IMG/VR virus record: IMGVR_UViG_3300010371_000035
Strand: one strand, 5' to 3'
DNA: 20,000 nucleotides
DNA from: an uncultured virus (IMG/VR IMGVR_UViG_3300010371_000035)
Lineage: Duplodnaviria; Heunggongvirae; Uroviricota; Caudoviricetes
Shown: in pieces, positions 6,643-16,060 of the stretch
Numbering within the stretch: position 1 is the first letter of the stretch
Layout of the letters: every line of letters starts with the position of its first letter
Notes under the pieces: model-generated
The model's database searches: none
The model's input: only the letters and a program-made list of their open reading frames with translations
Told to the model about the DNA's origin: nothing
Position numbers and translations under genes: made by a program

Positions 6643-8793
6643 ATGCCTGATTCAAACAACTTCGCAGATTTCTGGAGCAGCGGCCCGGGTCCCCTTAGCC
6701 CGTGGAACAGCAACGGGAATGACTTGATGTATGATGCCGGTGGAGTCCTGCTGCCTTCTACGGTTACGGGCGGCAGCAAGGGACCGGGAACGCTGAATAC
6801 TCAAGGGATCTATGTCAACGGCGATGCCATGCAGGCCGTGGACAACAGCGTCGTTCCCGGATATGTGCTCTATGAAGGCACAGGAGTCATTACTGGCAAC
6901 GCAGGATTCTTCTGGGATTCGGTGAATAACCGACTGGTGATGCCGGGTGCTCTAATCAACGGCGGGACCGGTGCCGGTTCTGTTGGCGATCTGGCGATGA
7001 CCGGATCAGGGGCCAACGGCGTCAACCTCAAGATGACCGGCAACACGAGTCTGTCGAAGACGTTCCGTGTACTGAACGGCCATCTGCAGATCATGAGCAA
7101 TGGCTACACGTCGCTCTTCGATCTTGACGACAGTGGATTCTTGACCTTGCAGCCCGGCACGGCAATTCCGGTGACCGGCACCGCAGATCTAGGAGTGCTC
7201 TTCAGCAGCACAGCAGATTTCGGAATCACTTATCTGAGCGGCACGCCGAACATCACCATGGCGCGCGGCACGCTGGCATTGATGAATGGCGCTGGTGGGA
7301 TGCCGTGGGTGAATACTGATGGGACTCCAAGCGGTTGGGTCCAGCTGGCTCCTTCTGTGGCCGGAGGCTACCTGCCTCTGTCGGGCGGCACGGTCACTGG
7401 ACCGGTGACGTTCCAAGGTGCCCTCACGATGCCTGACGGTTCGACGTGGGATACCAACGGCATCTCGATGGCCGCTGGTAAGAATGTCGTCCTGTCGTCA
7501 ACCAGCCAGATGCAGATTGTCAACGGCGTCTCTCTGGGCTGGACGGCACCGGCGACTCTCGAAGCAGCGGCAACGGGAAGCATCGGCTTCGCTCCTTCGG
7601 GAGACGTCACCGTTGCCATGGATACTTTCTGGACTCGAGATGCTGCAGGCATCATGGCCCAGCGCAATGGTGTGACTGCGCAACAGACCAACATCTACGG
7701 AACGTACACGAACTCCACTAACTTCCGTAGACTCGAGATTGCTGGATATTCCTCGGGTCGCGCGGCCGCTTCAATCATCACGAATTGGCAAGGAACAGGG
7801 ACTGCCTATCCTTTGGATATCGGATCTGGTACGGCACAATGGCAATGGACTACGGCGGGTCATTATGTTGCGCTAACGGACAACACCTTCGATATCGGAA
7901 CAACTGGTGCTCGGCCTCGCAACCTGTTTCTGGGAGGATCGGCGACGCTGGGCGCAAGCAGCGGATTGACTTGGGCTGGCCGTGCCTTCATGCAGTCTCC
8001 TGCAGACGGGCAGGTCCTGGCAACCACGCAGGCTGGAAATGTCGGCACGTTGCTGGACTTCGCGACTGATGGCGTGACGAAATTCCGCAATCGGACGAAT
8101 ACGGCTGATGCTGTCACGCAATTCAAGACACAGCCGAATGGGACCAACGACAACACCGGAGCAACTACCGCCTTCGTGCAGACGGCGGTATCTCTTGCCG
8201 TGCAGATCACGGCAGGCACGACGCCTCCTGTCTCGCCGACTACCAATGAACTCTGGTTCAACACTGATGCTTCTTCTGGAGGTGGCGGGCTCTACGTCTA
8301 CTACAATGACGGCAACACGAGTCAGTGGGTACCGACGACTCCGGGTGTCGGGGCTCTCGGACTTGCGCCGTCTACCTACGATCGGAGCACAACGGCACAA
8401 TCGGATGGCGGCACGTATCCAGTGGCCGCCCCCATGACCAGCACCCAAGGGACTCAAGTCTTTACCCGCACCTTCACAGCAAACAATCCAAACAATGCTG
8501 TTGAAGTAGACGTCACATTGTTTATGGGTGCTGGCGGTGTTGCGATCAACACTTATGCGGGTGTCTTTGTCGATGGAGGTTCCGCGGTGCAGATGGGGAT
8601 TGCAACCTGTAATTCTCAGTGGTTGCAGGTTCTGCGGATAGTCTATCGGGCTGTTGTGTCTCCCGGCGCACACACCTACTCGGTCCGCTTCGGTGCAAAT
8701 TCAGGATGCTATGTGCTCCGAAATGACGGAACCAATTACGGCACTCTTATTGGAGTCGCCAACACTATGACCATCAGAGAGGTACCCATCTAA
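6643..8793 (+). CDS. Phage fibre protein (tail-fibre-like)
   Basis: G/T/N-rich 716 aa; fibre motifs GYLPLSGGTVTG, TNDNTGATTAFVQTA and PPVSPTTNELWFNT...YVYYNDG..QWV. Confidence 0.85.
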   Translation: MPDSNNFADFWSSGPGPLSPWNSNGNDLMYDAGGVLLPSTVTGGSKGPGTLNTQGIYVNGDAMQAVDNSVVPGYVLYEGTGVITGNAGFFWDSVNNRLVMPGALINGGTGAGSVGDLAMTGSGANGVNLKMTGNTSLSKTFRVLNGHLQIMSNGYTSLFDLDDSGFLTLQPGTAIPVTGTADLGVLFSSTADFGITYLSGTPNITMARGTLALMNGAGGMPWVNTDGTPSGWVQLAPSVAGGYLPLSGGTVTGPVTFQGALTMPDGSTWDTNGISMAAGKNVVLSSTSQMQIVNGVSLGWTAPATLEAAATGSIGFAPSGDVTVAMDTFWTRDAAGIMAQRNGVTAQQTNIYGTYTNSTNFRRLEIAGYSSGRAAASIITNWQGTGTAYPLDIGSGTAQWQWTTAGHYVALTDNTFDIGTTGARPRNLFLGGSATLGASSGLTWAGRAFMQSPADGQVLATTQAGNVGTLLDFATDGVTKFRNRTNTADAVTQFKTQPNGTNDNTGATTAFVQTAVSLAVQITAGTTPPVSPTTNELWFNTDASSGGGGLYVYYNDGNTSQWVPTTPGVGALGLAPSTYDRSTTAQSDGGTYPVAAPMTSTQGTQVFTRTFTANNPNNAVEVDVTLFMGAGGVAINTYAGVFVDGGSAVQMGIATCNSQWLQVLRIVYRAVVSPGAHTYSVRFGANSGCYVLRNDGTNYGTLIGVANTMTIREVPI

Positions 8794-9815
8794 TGGCCGC
8801 TATTGATTTCCCCGCCTCGCCGGGTGACGGCCAGTTATTCTCGGCTGCCAACGGCATGACCTACCAGTACAAGGCATCCCAGACACTCTGGGTGCCGCTG
8901 TCGGCAATTGGACAGACATTGGCCGTCCCTGCATTCCAGGCATTTATCAACAATGCAGTAGTCTGGGCAACAGGATCGATCACCAAGGTCACTAGTTTCT
9001 TGACGCCAACTGTGAATGTCGGTAACTATTGGGATTCAGTGAATAGCCGATGGATACCCCCTGCAGGAACCTATGTGATCAGCGGACAAGGGCAAATTTC
9101 TCCCGGCGCAACTGCTGGTCTTACGTTGTATCTGTACAAGAACGGAGTTCAATACGCACAGTCATGGGAAGTTTCCGCTGCTGCTGGCTATACTTCAAGT
9201 CCCAATTTTTCCGTTGTTGTCCAAGCCAATGGCACGGATTATTTCGAGCTCTGGGCAATAGCGAGTGGTGGGCAAACAATCAACACACTAGGTAGTTTCT
9301 TTTCTGCCTATGGCGTGACGTTGGCTATGGGCAACGGTGCTGGAGGAACGCCTACTGGTGTTCTTCAGATGGTCAATGGGAAGAGCGGTGCTTTTCAGAG
9401 TGTCACCGGCGCTGCTGCTATTCCTCAAGGTCAAACGACGCCTATGACAACTTCGCAAGGCGGGCAGATCTTCAGTACTAGCATCACACCCAAGAGCGCC
9501 TCGTCGAATTTGCTCATCGAAGCCTTGATCAACTACAGTCCAAGCGCTGGGGACGCCTTTACGGTTGGCTTGTTCCGCGATGCTGGGACCAATGCAATCG
9601 CTGAAGGATCCTGTGCCGGTTCTACAGGTACCAGCGTGTTTCAGCTTTCGTTGTCTGCTGTAATTCCCAGTAGCGCCGCAGCGGCTACGACCTTCAAGTT
9701 GCGCATGGGAGGCAACGGCGGGACCAGCTTTGCTGTCAATGGTATCTGGGGTGCTTCTCTGCCGACGGGTGGCGGAACAATGTTCTCCGGTATGACCATT
9801 ACTGAGATACTTTGA
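8793..9815 (+). CDS. Short fibre / receptor-binding protein with C1q-like domain
   Basis: TAATG overlap; N-terminal IDFPASP.DGQ motif; C1q-like PAFQA...P.AGTY...LYKNG...NGTDYFELW. Confidence 0.75.
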   Translation: MAAIDFPASPGDGQLFSAANGMTYQYKASQTLWVPLSAIGQTLAVPAFQAFINNAVVWATGSITKVTSFLTPTVNVGNYWDSVNSRWIPPAGTYVISGQGQISPGATAGLTLYLYKNGVQYAQSWEVSAAAGYTSSPNFSVVVQANGTDYFELWAIASGGQTINTLGSFFSAYGVTLAMGNGAGGTPTGVLQMVNGKSGAFQSVTGAAAIPQGQTTPMTTSQGGQIFSTSITPKSASSNLLIEALINYSPSAGDAFTVGLFRDAGTNAIAEGSCAGSTGTSVFQLSLSAVIPSSAAAATTFKLRMGGNGGTSFAVNGIWGASLPTGGGTMFSGMTITEIL

Positions 9816-9816
9816 C

Positions 9817-9852
9817 AAAGGAAAGGGCGGTCCTCCCGAACCGCCCTTCTTT
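9817..9852. terminator. Bidirectional intrinsic terminator
   Basis: AAGGGCGGT pairs with ACCGCCCTT, with A-rich and T-rich flanks, between convergent stops at 9815 and 9857. Confidence 0.85.
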
Positions 9853-9856
9853 GGAG

Positions 9857-10120
9857 CTAGAGCTCGTCGAACCCACTATACTCTAGCAGGCTTTGGAACC
9901 CGACTGACAGTGCTTCCATCAACGTATCGCACTGGATGCGCTCGTTAGAGCACACCCACCTTTCCCCTACAAGCCAGCACTCACTCCATACATCGCTGGG
10001 CTTGCTCTCCCTATCTAACAACTCGATCCGGTAGGTCGGATATTTGTTGCCGTCTTGGACTTGAACGCCACGGTCTGTTACCTCATATCTTAAAGCAGTT
10101 TCTTGTCCAGCTGGGTCCAT
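9857..10120 (-). CDS. Hypothetical protein (start probably ATG 10120)
   Basis: Fills the gap between terminator and portal; the longer start would overlap the junction motif. Confidence 0.6.
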   Translation of the reverse strand: MDPAGQETALRYEVTDRGVQVQDGNKYPTYRIELLDRESKPSDVWSECWLVGERWVCSNERIQCDTLMEALSVGFQSLLEYSGFDEL

Positions 10121-10161
10121 TGTTTTATCCGCTTGGTTGGAGTACACTTGGCCCGGCTCGC

Positions 10162-10203
10162 ACCGGGCAGCGGTATTGTACCGCGCCATACCTGGGAATT
10201 ATA
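10162..10203 (+). promoter_or_regulatory. Second copy of ACCGGGCAGCG...TGTA...GAATTATA motif
   Basis: Matches 6581-6622; directly precedes the AGGAG RBS of the portal gene. Confidence 0.6.
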
Positions 10204-10215
10204 TAGGAGCTTACG

Positions 10216-11784
10216 ATGAGTCTCGCACCAATTCCTGTGGGAGACGGACCGGGTCTGGGAACCTTCTCAACTCTCGGTACCGCATTCAGTCAGATCTTGT
10301 TGGCGGAGGATATCCAACCCGGAACATCCCCGTCGTACCAGACATGCAAACTGATCTACGAATTCCATCCCTTGGGCGCCAAGATGGTGGAAAAGCCGGT
10401 CCGCATTGCCATGTCTCAGAATAGGAATATCATCGTGCCGGATGGCCCCGGCGAGGAATGCCAGAAGGCATTCTGGAAGGAGTGGACCAACCTCGGATGC
10501 AATCGCGCCATCTTCGCGACCCGAGTACAGAGCAAGGTCTATGGCATCTGCTCGATGGCTCTGCAAGTTGCCGAAGAGGATAACGAGAAGCCGATCATGA
10601 TTGATCGGATCTGGAAACAGGCTGTGCGTCTGCAGGTCTATGATCCGTTGAATACGGCGGGTAGCTTGACGCTGGATCAGGATCCGCGCTCGTTTGACTT
10701 CCAGCATGCCACTGAGATCACAGTTGCGGGTTCGACCTTCCACAGGTCCAAGGCTCGAGTTGTGATGAACGAATTTCCGATCTACATCTCCTGGACCCCG
10801 TCTGCCTATGGCTTCACAGGCCGCTCGGTGTACCAGCGCAGCCTCTACCCACTGAAGTCCTTTCTCCAGACCATGGTCACCAACGACATGATCGCAGTGA
10901 AGGCGGGTACGATCATCGCGAAGTTCAAGCAAGCCGGATCCGTCATTACGAACACTATGCTGGCGATGTTCAACGTCAAGCGTGGTGTGATCAAGATGGC
11001 GCGCACCGGCAACGTGGTCAGCATCGGCACCGAAGAAGCAGTCGAGTCTATTGATCTCAAGAATATCTCAGAACCGTTTGGCCTCGCGCGCAAGAACATA
11101 GTCGAGGACATCGCGGCTGGCGCTCCGATGCCTGCCCAGATGCTAACGGACGAGTCCTTTGCGCAGGGCTTCGCAGACGGCACCGAGGATGCGAAGGAGC
11201 AGGCGCGCTACATCAATTCAGAGCGAGAGGCGATGCAGCCGCTCTACGACTTCCTCGATCCGATCGTCATGCGTCGTGCATGGAACCCCGAGTGGTACAA
11301 GGATATCCAAGCAAGGTATCCGAAGGACTTTGGCTCTCTGGACTACGACGTTGCCTTTATGAAATTCAAGGACAGCTTCTCGGCAACTTGGCCGGAACTG
11401 CTGCAGGAGCCCGAGTCCGATCGTATCCTGATTGCCGAGACGAAGCTCAAGGCTCTGATCGCGATGTTCCAAGTCTTCCTGCCGAAGCTGGACAACGACA
11501 ATCTCGTGATCGTGGCGAAGTGGGTGCAGGACAACATCAACGAGATGCGAGAGCTGTTCGGCAATCCACTTGCGCTCAATATGAATAAGTTGAAAAACTT
11601 CACTGAACCGGGGCTGGATGTCGATGGTCAGCCTCTCGAGCCTGTGAAGAAACAGCATCCGTGGTCGGCGGCCGATTCCGCCAACGACGCAATCATCCTG
11701 CTGAGCGAAGCGGCCGAAAGCCTGCGACGCCAGAAGGACGAACGCAATGCCCGAATTGCAGAGCGGCGTGAAAGGAAGGTCTGA
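10216..11784 (+). CDS. Phage portal protein, DUF1073/HI1409-like
   Basis: 522 aa; family-typical HPLGAKM, DPLNTAGS, FTGRSVYQR.LYPLKSF and IAAGA.MPA.ML..E.F..GF.DGTEDAK. Confidence 0.85.
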   Translation: MSLAPIPVGDGPGLGTFSTLGTAFSQILLAEDIQPGTSPSYQTCKLIYEFHPLGAKMVEKPVRIAMSQNRNIIVPDGPGEECQKAFWKEWTNLGCNRAIFATRVQSKVYGICSMALQVAEEDNEKPIMIDRIWKQAVRLQVYDPLNTAGSLTLDQDPRSFDFQHATEITVAGSTFHRSKARVVMNEFPIYISWTPSAYGFTGRSVYQRSLYPLKSFLQTMVTNDMIAVKAGTIIAKFKQAGSVITNTMLAMFNVKRGVIKMARTGNVVSIGTEEAVESIDLKNISEPFGLARKNIVEDIAAGAPMPAQMLTDESFAQGFADGTEDAKEQARYINSEREAMQPLYDFLDPIVMRRAWNPEWYKDIQARYPKDFGSLDYDVAFMKFKDSFSATWPELLQEPESDRILIAETKLKALIAMFQVFLPKLDNDNLVIVAKWVQDNINEMRELFGNPLALNMNKLKNFTEPGLDVDGQPLEPVKKQHPWSAADSANDAIILLSEAAESLRRQKDERNARIAERRERKV

Positions 11785-13649
11785 TGTACATCTATCCTTT
11801 TGCCGAACAGATGCTGAACGGAGGATTGGGGACTGCTCCCAATTGGTCCTATGATTTCAAGAGCGGTGTGCTCCCCTCGGGATCCACCTTTACGAGAGGT
11901 TCAACCGCAACCTATATCAATTCGTCAGGTCTTGTTGCGACCGCCGGTGTTAATGTCGCCCGGTTTGAGTATGACCCTATCACGCTCGCGCCTCTTGGAT
12001 ACACTGACGAAATGCAGAGCACCAATACGGCTCTGCATTCTCAGGACTCCTCGGGCTGGACACCTGCAGCCGTGACTCTTACCAACAACGATGCTGTGGC
12101 CCCGGACGGCACCACCACTGCGATGACAATGGTGGTGAGTGCCACAACGGCTCTTCACCAGATCGGTTCCGTTACGTCCTTCAGCTATACCTCTGGAGAC
12201 GTTCGTGGCTGTTCGTGTTTCGCCAAGGAAATCCCAACCACATGGTCGTCAACTTCTAAGAACGCTCGTGTGGTTCTCTCAAACAATAGTTTGACAGCAA
12301 CGTCGAGCGCTCAAGGTATTGCTGAGACCGGCTTCGGGACAGTCGCTATCGGAGTCGCCACCGGGCAGAAACGCTATTGGGAAGTAACAGTCAACAATGT
12401 TCATTCGACCGGCGAGACTATTGCAGTCGGTGTCTGTAATGCATCACAGAGCGTAGCTGACGGTGGATTCCTGGGCAGTGCTGGGGGCACGGGTATCGGT
12501 TGGTGGAATAGCTCGAATGTCTATTTCAACGGTTCTGTTGTCACAACGGTTCAGTCCTACACCGTTGGCGATGTCCTGTGCTTTGCCGTCGATTATGATG
12601 CTAAGAAGATGTGGTTCCGGAAAAACAATGGTCTGTGGAATAATGCAGGAGGGCAAGATCCTGCAACAGGGACTGGTGGCATCGACATCAGCGCAATCAC
12701 CGGCACCGTATTCCCAGCCTACACATTCGTAGATAATGGAGCTCCTGCAGGACAATTCACTGCCAATTTCGGAGCTACGACGTTTGCGCAGACAATACCG
12801 AGTGGCTTCTCGAGCTTCAGCGGTCAATGGATACAGTTTACTTTCGGTGGAAACTCAGGATTCAATTTCCAACCTTCTACAGGTACGATTGGATCATCGC
12901 TTACGGGTACGCAATCGGCTGTTGCAGTTCGTCAACTTCTGAATGGATGGTGGCGCATCTGGTTCAATTTCACAGCCACTGCGACAACCTCTTCTACTAT
13001 GGCTGTCAATTTTGTTTCTAACAGTAATTCTACTTCTGCGCCTTCTTATGCAGGTAATGGAACTTCTAAGATCGCTGTCTGGGGATTCCAATTTGAGAGC
13101 GCCGGTGCGGGTGTCACTTCATATATTCCAACGACAACTGCTGCAGTCACAAGATCGGCGGATAATCTAGCCCTCCCACTTGCTTCGGTTACAGGCTGGA
13201 ATCCAAACGCTGGAGGTGTGCTGGTATCGGCATTCCGCATGAGTACACTCAAAACAGGCATCCAGCAAGATCCGGTCTATATTTCGGATGGCGGTTCCAA
13301 CAACATTGACTGCCGTGCGCAATCTGGAACGCAGGCCGGACAGGTCTTCGGTCTCATCATGCGCTCGACGGCAATCCAGATAAATCTCGGTGCAAATTCG
13401 CCTAACATCCTCTCAGCTCCCATATTCCAGAGACGCAAAGGTGCATGGGGCTGGGGGACAAGCGAGGGTCAGATCGCCGCCGATGGCGGAGGTCTCAACA
13501 CGTCAAGCGGTGCATACGTGCTCCCAGTTGGTATGACAACGATGAACATTGGTGGAATCGCAGGCAATTCTCTCAATGGTACGGTGGAAACTCTTGAATA
13601 CTATATGGGAGCTAGATCAGACAGCTTTGTGGTAAGTCGAACAATTTGA
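11784..13649 (+). CDS. Head-spike fibre-like protein with inserted SPRY/B30.2-like domain
   Basis: TFTRGSTATY...ARFEYDP...STN and WG.QFE...TSYIPTTTAAVTRSAD motifs; SPRY-like RYWEVTV...GDVLCFAVD...MWFRKNN. Confidence 0.75.
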   Translation: MYIYPFAEQMLNGGLGTAPNWSYDFKSGVLPSGSTFTRGSTATYINSSGLVATAGVNVARFEYDPITLAPLGYTDEMQSTNTALHSQDSSGWTPAAVTLTNNDAVAPDGTTTAMTMVVSATTALHQIGSVTSFSYTSGDVRGCSCFAKEIPTTWSSTSKNARVVLSNNSLTATSSAQGIAETGFGTVAIGVATGQKRYWEVTVNNVHSTGETIAVGVCNASQSVADGGFLGSAGGTGIGWWNSSNVYFNGSVVTTVQSYTVGDVLCFAVDYDAKKMWFRKNNGLWNNAGGQDPATGTGGIDISAITGTVFPAYTFVDNGAPAGQFTANFGATTFAQTIPSGFSSFSGQWIQFTFGGNSGFNFQPSTGTIGSSLTGTQSAVAVRQLLNGWWRIWFNFTATATTSSTMAVNFVSNSNSTSAPSYAGNGTSKIAVWGFQFESAGAGVTSYIPTTTAAVTRSADNLALPLASVTGWNPNAGGVLVSAFRMSTLKTGIQQDPVYISDGGSNNIDCRAQSGTQAGQVFGLIMRSTAIQINLGANSPNILSAPIFQRRKGAWGWGTSEGQIAADGGGLNTSSGAYVLPVGMTTMNIGGIAGNSLNGTVETLEYYMGARSDSFVVSRTI

Positions 13650-13662
13650 TTGGAGCGAGTCT

Positions 13663-13914
13663 ATGGCACTTCAACCTTACAATGCGCGGGCTCTTGCCAA
13701 CTTCGGGCAAGTGACTGCTATCACGCCCAATGACTCTACGGTCTTGGGTTTCGGCGCACTCTACATCGGCGTATCGGGGGATATCGCTGTTATTCCGATT
13801 GGACAGACTACTTCGATTGTCTTCAAGAGCTGCCCGGTCGGTATTCTACCCGTAGGCGTATCGCGTGTCTTATCTACGGGGACGACAGCCTCACAGATCC
13901 TGGGGCTGAACTAG
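13663..13914 (+). CDS. Head spike base protein (RcGTA Rcc01079-like)
   Basis: 83 aa; AITPND.T...ALYIG..GDIAV...LPV.V.RV.STGTTA..I.GL signature; GGAG RBS. Confidence 0.85.
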   Translation: MALQPYNARALANFGQVTAITPNDSTVLGFGALYIGVSGDIAVIPIGQTTSIVFKSCPVGILPVGVSRVLSTGTTASQILGLN

Positions 13915-13928
13915 CACAGGAGGGGCTA

Positions 13929-14138
13929 TTGGGCCTAATCGAAGGAGTCATCTATGCGTTGATCTTCATCGCCGTCTTGGCGTTGGTGGTCTGGCTTGTG
14001 ATCTGGGTGCTGACGACCATCGTGGGCGTCGCGCTCCCAGCTAAAGTGATCCAGATCGTTTGGGTCATCTTCGCACTTGTGTGCATCCTTATCCTGTTGC
14101 GGATGGTGCTGCCCGCAGCCGGTGTTCATTTACCTTAG
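13929..14138 (+). CDS. Small two-TM membrane protein (possibly holin-like)
   Basis: AGGAGG RBS with TTG start; two long hydrophobic segments. Confidence 0.75.
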   Translation: MGLIEGVIYALIFIAVLALVVWLVIWVLTTIVGVALPAKVIQIVWVIFALVCILILLRMVLPAAGVHLP

Positions 14139-14155
14139 CAGCAATGGAGTGAATC

Positions 14156-14485
14156 ATGCCCGAGGCAAAGAAGCCTGAAAACAAGGAGCCCAAAGAAGCA
14201 GCCAAGGACCCATCGGAGCTTGAAGATCGGGCGCTGGCCGCTGCTTCCGATCGTGAGAACAAGGAATCTCCGGCGGACCATACTGACGTGGACCGCGCGG
14301 CGGTTGGCGTCACTTGGAGGCAGCACGAGACCCATACGTTCGATGAATGGGCGGCCATCGATCCGGCCGTGGGCGGGCACGCCGCTGACTTCCATGCCCG
14401 CTTCGGCTCCCGAGCTCATCAGCTCATGGACCATGATACCCTCGAACTGCGTCTCGAGGAACTGATCCCGCGGCGTCGAGTCTGA
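14156..14485 (+). CDS. Hypothetical protein
   Basis: GGAG RBS; 109 aa charged protein ending just before a terminator. Confidence 0.75.
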   Translation: MPEAKKPENKEPKEAAKDPSELEDRALAAASDRENKESPADHTDVDRAAVGVTWRQHETHTFDEWAAIDPAVGGHAADFHARFGSRAHQLMDHDTLELRLEELIPRRRV

Positions 14486-14489
14486 AGTG

Positions 14490-14518
14490 AGGGGCGGCGC
14501 AAGCCGCCCTTCCCCTTT
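14490..14518. terminator. Intrinsic terminator at convergent junction
   Basis: GGGCGGC-GCAA-GCCGCCC followed by TTCCCTTT. Confidence 0.8.
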
Positions 14519-15124
14519 CTATCGAAGAAACTCCAGCTGATTGTAGTACATCCCCATATCTTCATCGAAGAGGCCGACTTGCTCTAGCAACCCCTGAGCG
14601 CTCATGTGCTCTGCCCCTTCTACTTGCTTGCCGTAGCTCCAGTGCTCTACATAGTCCCAGCGGTTGGCTAGGACATACAACATATCTCGCCATCGGCACA
14701 TCCGATAACCATTGGTACGCATCAACATCTGTGTCGGCGAACGCTCCTTGGCTGTTCCAGGGATGTGCCCGGCATAGAATATGGTGTCGTCGTCATACTT
14801 CTTACGGTACTTCATGTCGCTGTTCGACAGGAACGGACAAACCCTAAGAGAATAACGCGCGCACTCTTCGTGCATGGCAAGGTCCGAGAACAGACGATTC
14901 TTTGCTGCCGCGTGACCGCCAATGAACCATTTCTTGTTATCGAGACGCTTGCCGCAGATCATGCAGAGGCGCTTGAGCATGCACTCGGCCTGTTTCTCCA
15001 TGTCGATATGAATCTGCGTGTCCATCATGAGATAGGGGATTGGATAGCCGCGCTTGTCCCGTCGTATGCCGAGCATGCGCCGAGGCAGCGGGACATCCTT
15101 AATTGCTTGATGTGCATCAGCCAT
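14519..15124 (-). CDS. Conserved phage hypothetical protein with Cys/His metal-binding motifs
   Basis: RGYPIPY, LCMICGKRL, WFIGG and MHEECARYSLRVCPFL; GAGGAAGG RBS. Confidence 0.8.
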   Translation of the reverse strand: MADAHQAIKDVPLPRRMLGIRRDKRGYPIPYLMMDTQIHIDMEKQAECMLKRLCMICGKRLDNKKWFIGGHAAAKNRLFSDLAMHEECARYSLRVCPFLSNSDMKYRKKYDDDTIFYAGHIPGTAKERSPTQMLMRTNGYRMCRWRDMLYVLANRWDYVEHWSYGKQVEGAEHMSAQGLLEQVGLFDEDMGMYYNQLEFLR

Positions 15125-15284
15125 TGCCTTCCTCCGATAGAAGCCTAGCCAATTCCATCTCGACTTCGGCGGCGTCCAGATCTGGATCTTGCCGGTCTTC
15201 GAGTACCTCTTGGACGGCCTGTTCTAGTTTCTGCGCCGAGACACGACGCTGGCGGACACGACTACTCTTCTTAGGCTTGGTCAT
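15117..15284 (-). CDS. Small hypothetical protein (55 aa; not in ORF track)
   Basis: MTKPKKSSRVRQRR...LARLLSEEGNG; ATGA overlap upstream and 8-nt overlap downstream. Confidence 0.65.
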   Translation of the reverse strand: MTKPKKSSRVRQRRVSAQKLEQAVQEVLEDRQDPDLDAAEVEMELARLLSEEGNG

Positions 15285-15478
15285 GGATTTGCATATCCTT
15301 GTGCAAGTTCATTAGCAATCTCTACAGCCTTCAGGTGATGAACACCGAGATCGAGTAGTTTGTCGATGGCGAGAGTATAGACGCAGTCTGCTATTTCATC
15401 GGGGCTTGCATCTTCAGTCCAATCTGCATTGGCTTCGATGTTTCCCCGGGCTGCTTCCCGTAGTTCGTCGTCTGTCAT
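15281..15478 (-). CDS. Hypothetical acidic protein (65 aa)
   Basis: GAGGT RBS before MTDDELREAA; ATGA overlap. Confidence 0.7.
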   Translation of the reverse strand: MTDDELREAARGNIEANADWTEDASPDEIADCVYTLAIDKLLDLGVHHLKAVEIANELAQGYANP

Positions 15479-15624
15479 GGGTACCTCAGATGTAGGCGAA
15501 CGAGATTGAGAACATAGAAGGTCATGAGCACGATTCTTAGCCAGCCAGGAGTGCTCATCAGATCGAAGCCGAAACTGGTTGCCATGGATGCAAGCCACAT
15601 CCAGATAAAGAGCCGGACGTTCAT
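15475..15624 (-). CDS. Small two-TM membrane protein (49 aa; not in ORF track)
   Basis: MNVRLFIWMWLAS...LVRLHLRYP; ATGA overlaps at both ends. Confidence 0.65.
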   Translation of the reverse strand: MNVRLFIWMWLASMATSFGFDLMSTPGWLRIVLMTFYVLNLVRLHLRYP

Positions 15625-16010
15625 CGGCTTAACCTTATGGAATAGGATGGTGGCGTTCCCTCGATCTTCGTCGTGTACGCCAAGCTGTCGTGGAACGATT
15701 GGAACCGTAGATCCATGACGTTCTCAACGATGATCTCGTGATAGCCGTGGCGCTGCCCAACTTCCATCAACCAGCCTAGGAAGAACGTGTAGCGTTGCCC
15801 GCTCGTCTTCCTGAACGTGAACGTGATGTTGGCGAGATCGATGCGCCGCCAGTTGTTGTGCTCCATTTTCCGCAGATAGATTTCTGCGATAGGATTATTG
15901 AACCATCGCCGATCATTGACTTGATGCTCTTTAAAAGGAGTACCAAGCCATTCTTCTATATGGTCTAGGATCGAACCTAGTTCGTCACGCACGCTCTGTG
16001 TTACCATCAT
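15621..16010 (-). CDS. Hypothetical protein, possibly a degenerate GNAT fold
   Basis: AGGAG RBS; IDLANITF....SG..YT.FL..L...IIVENV...RF pattern. Confidence 0.65.
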   Translation of the reverse strand: MMVTQSVRDELGSILDHIEEWLGTPFKEHQVNDRRWFNNPIAEIYLRKMEHNNWRRIDLANITFTFRKTSGQRYTFFLGWLMEVGQRHGYHEIIVENVMDLRFQSFHDSLAYTTKIEGTPPSYSIRLSR

Positions 16011-16060
16011 CGACTCCTATTGCCGTTACCCGGCCCCACTAGGGTAGCCCGCCGGGCTGT

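Noticed and set aside
10216..11784. Anti-CBASS Acb1 call, often attached to DUF1073 proteins
   Set aside because: No separate 2H-phosphoesterase domain with paired HxT/S motifs is evident; size and context fit a portal.
6643..13649. Diversity-generating retroelement targeting the fibre genes
   Set aside because: No reverse transcriptase and no template/variable repeat pair with A-specific mismatches seen in the window.
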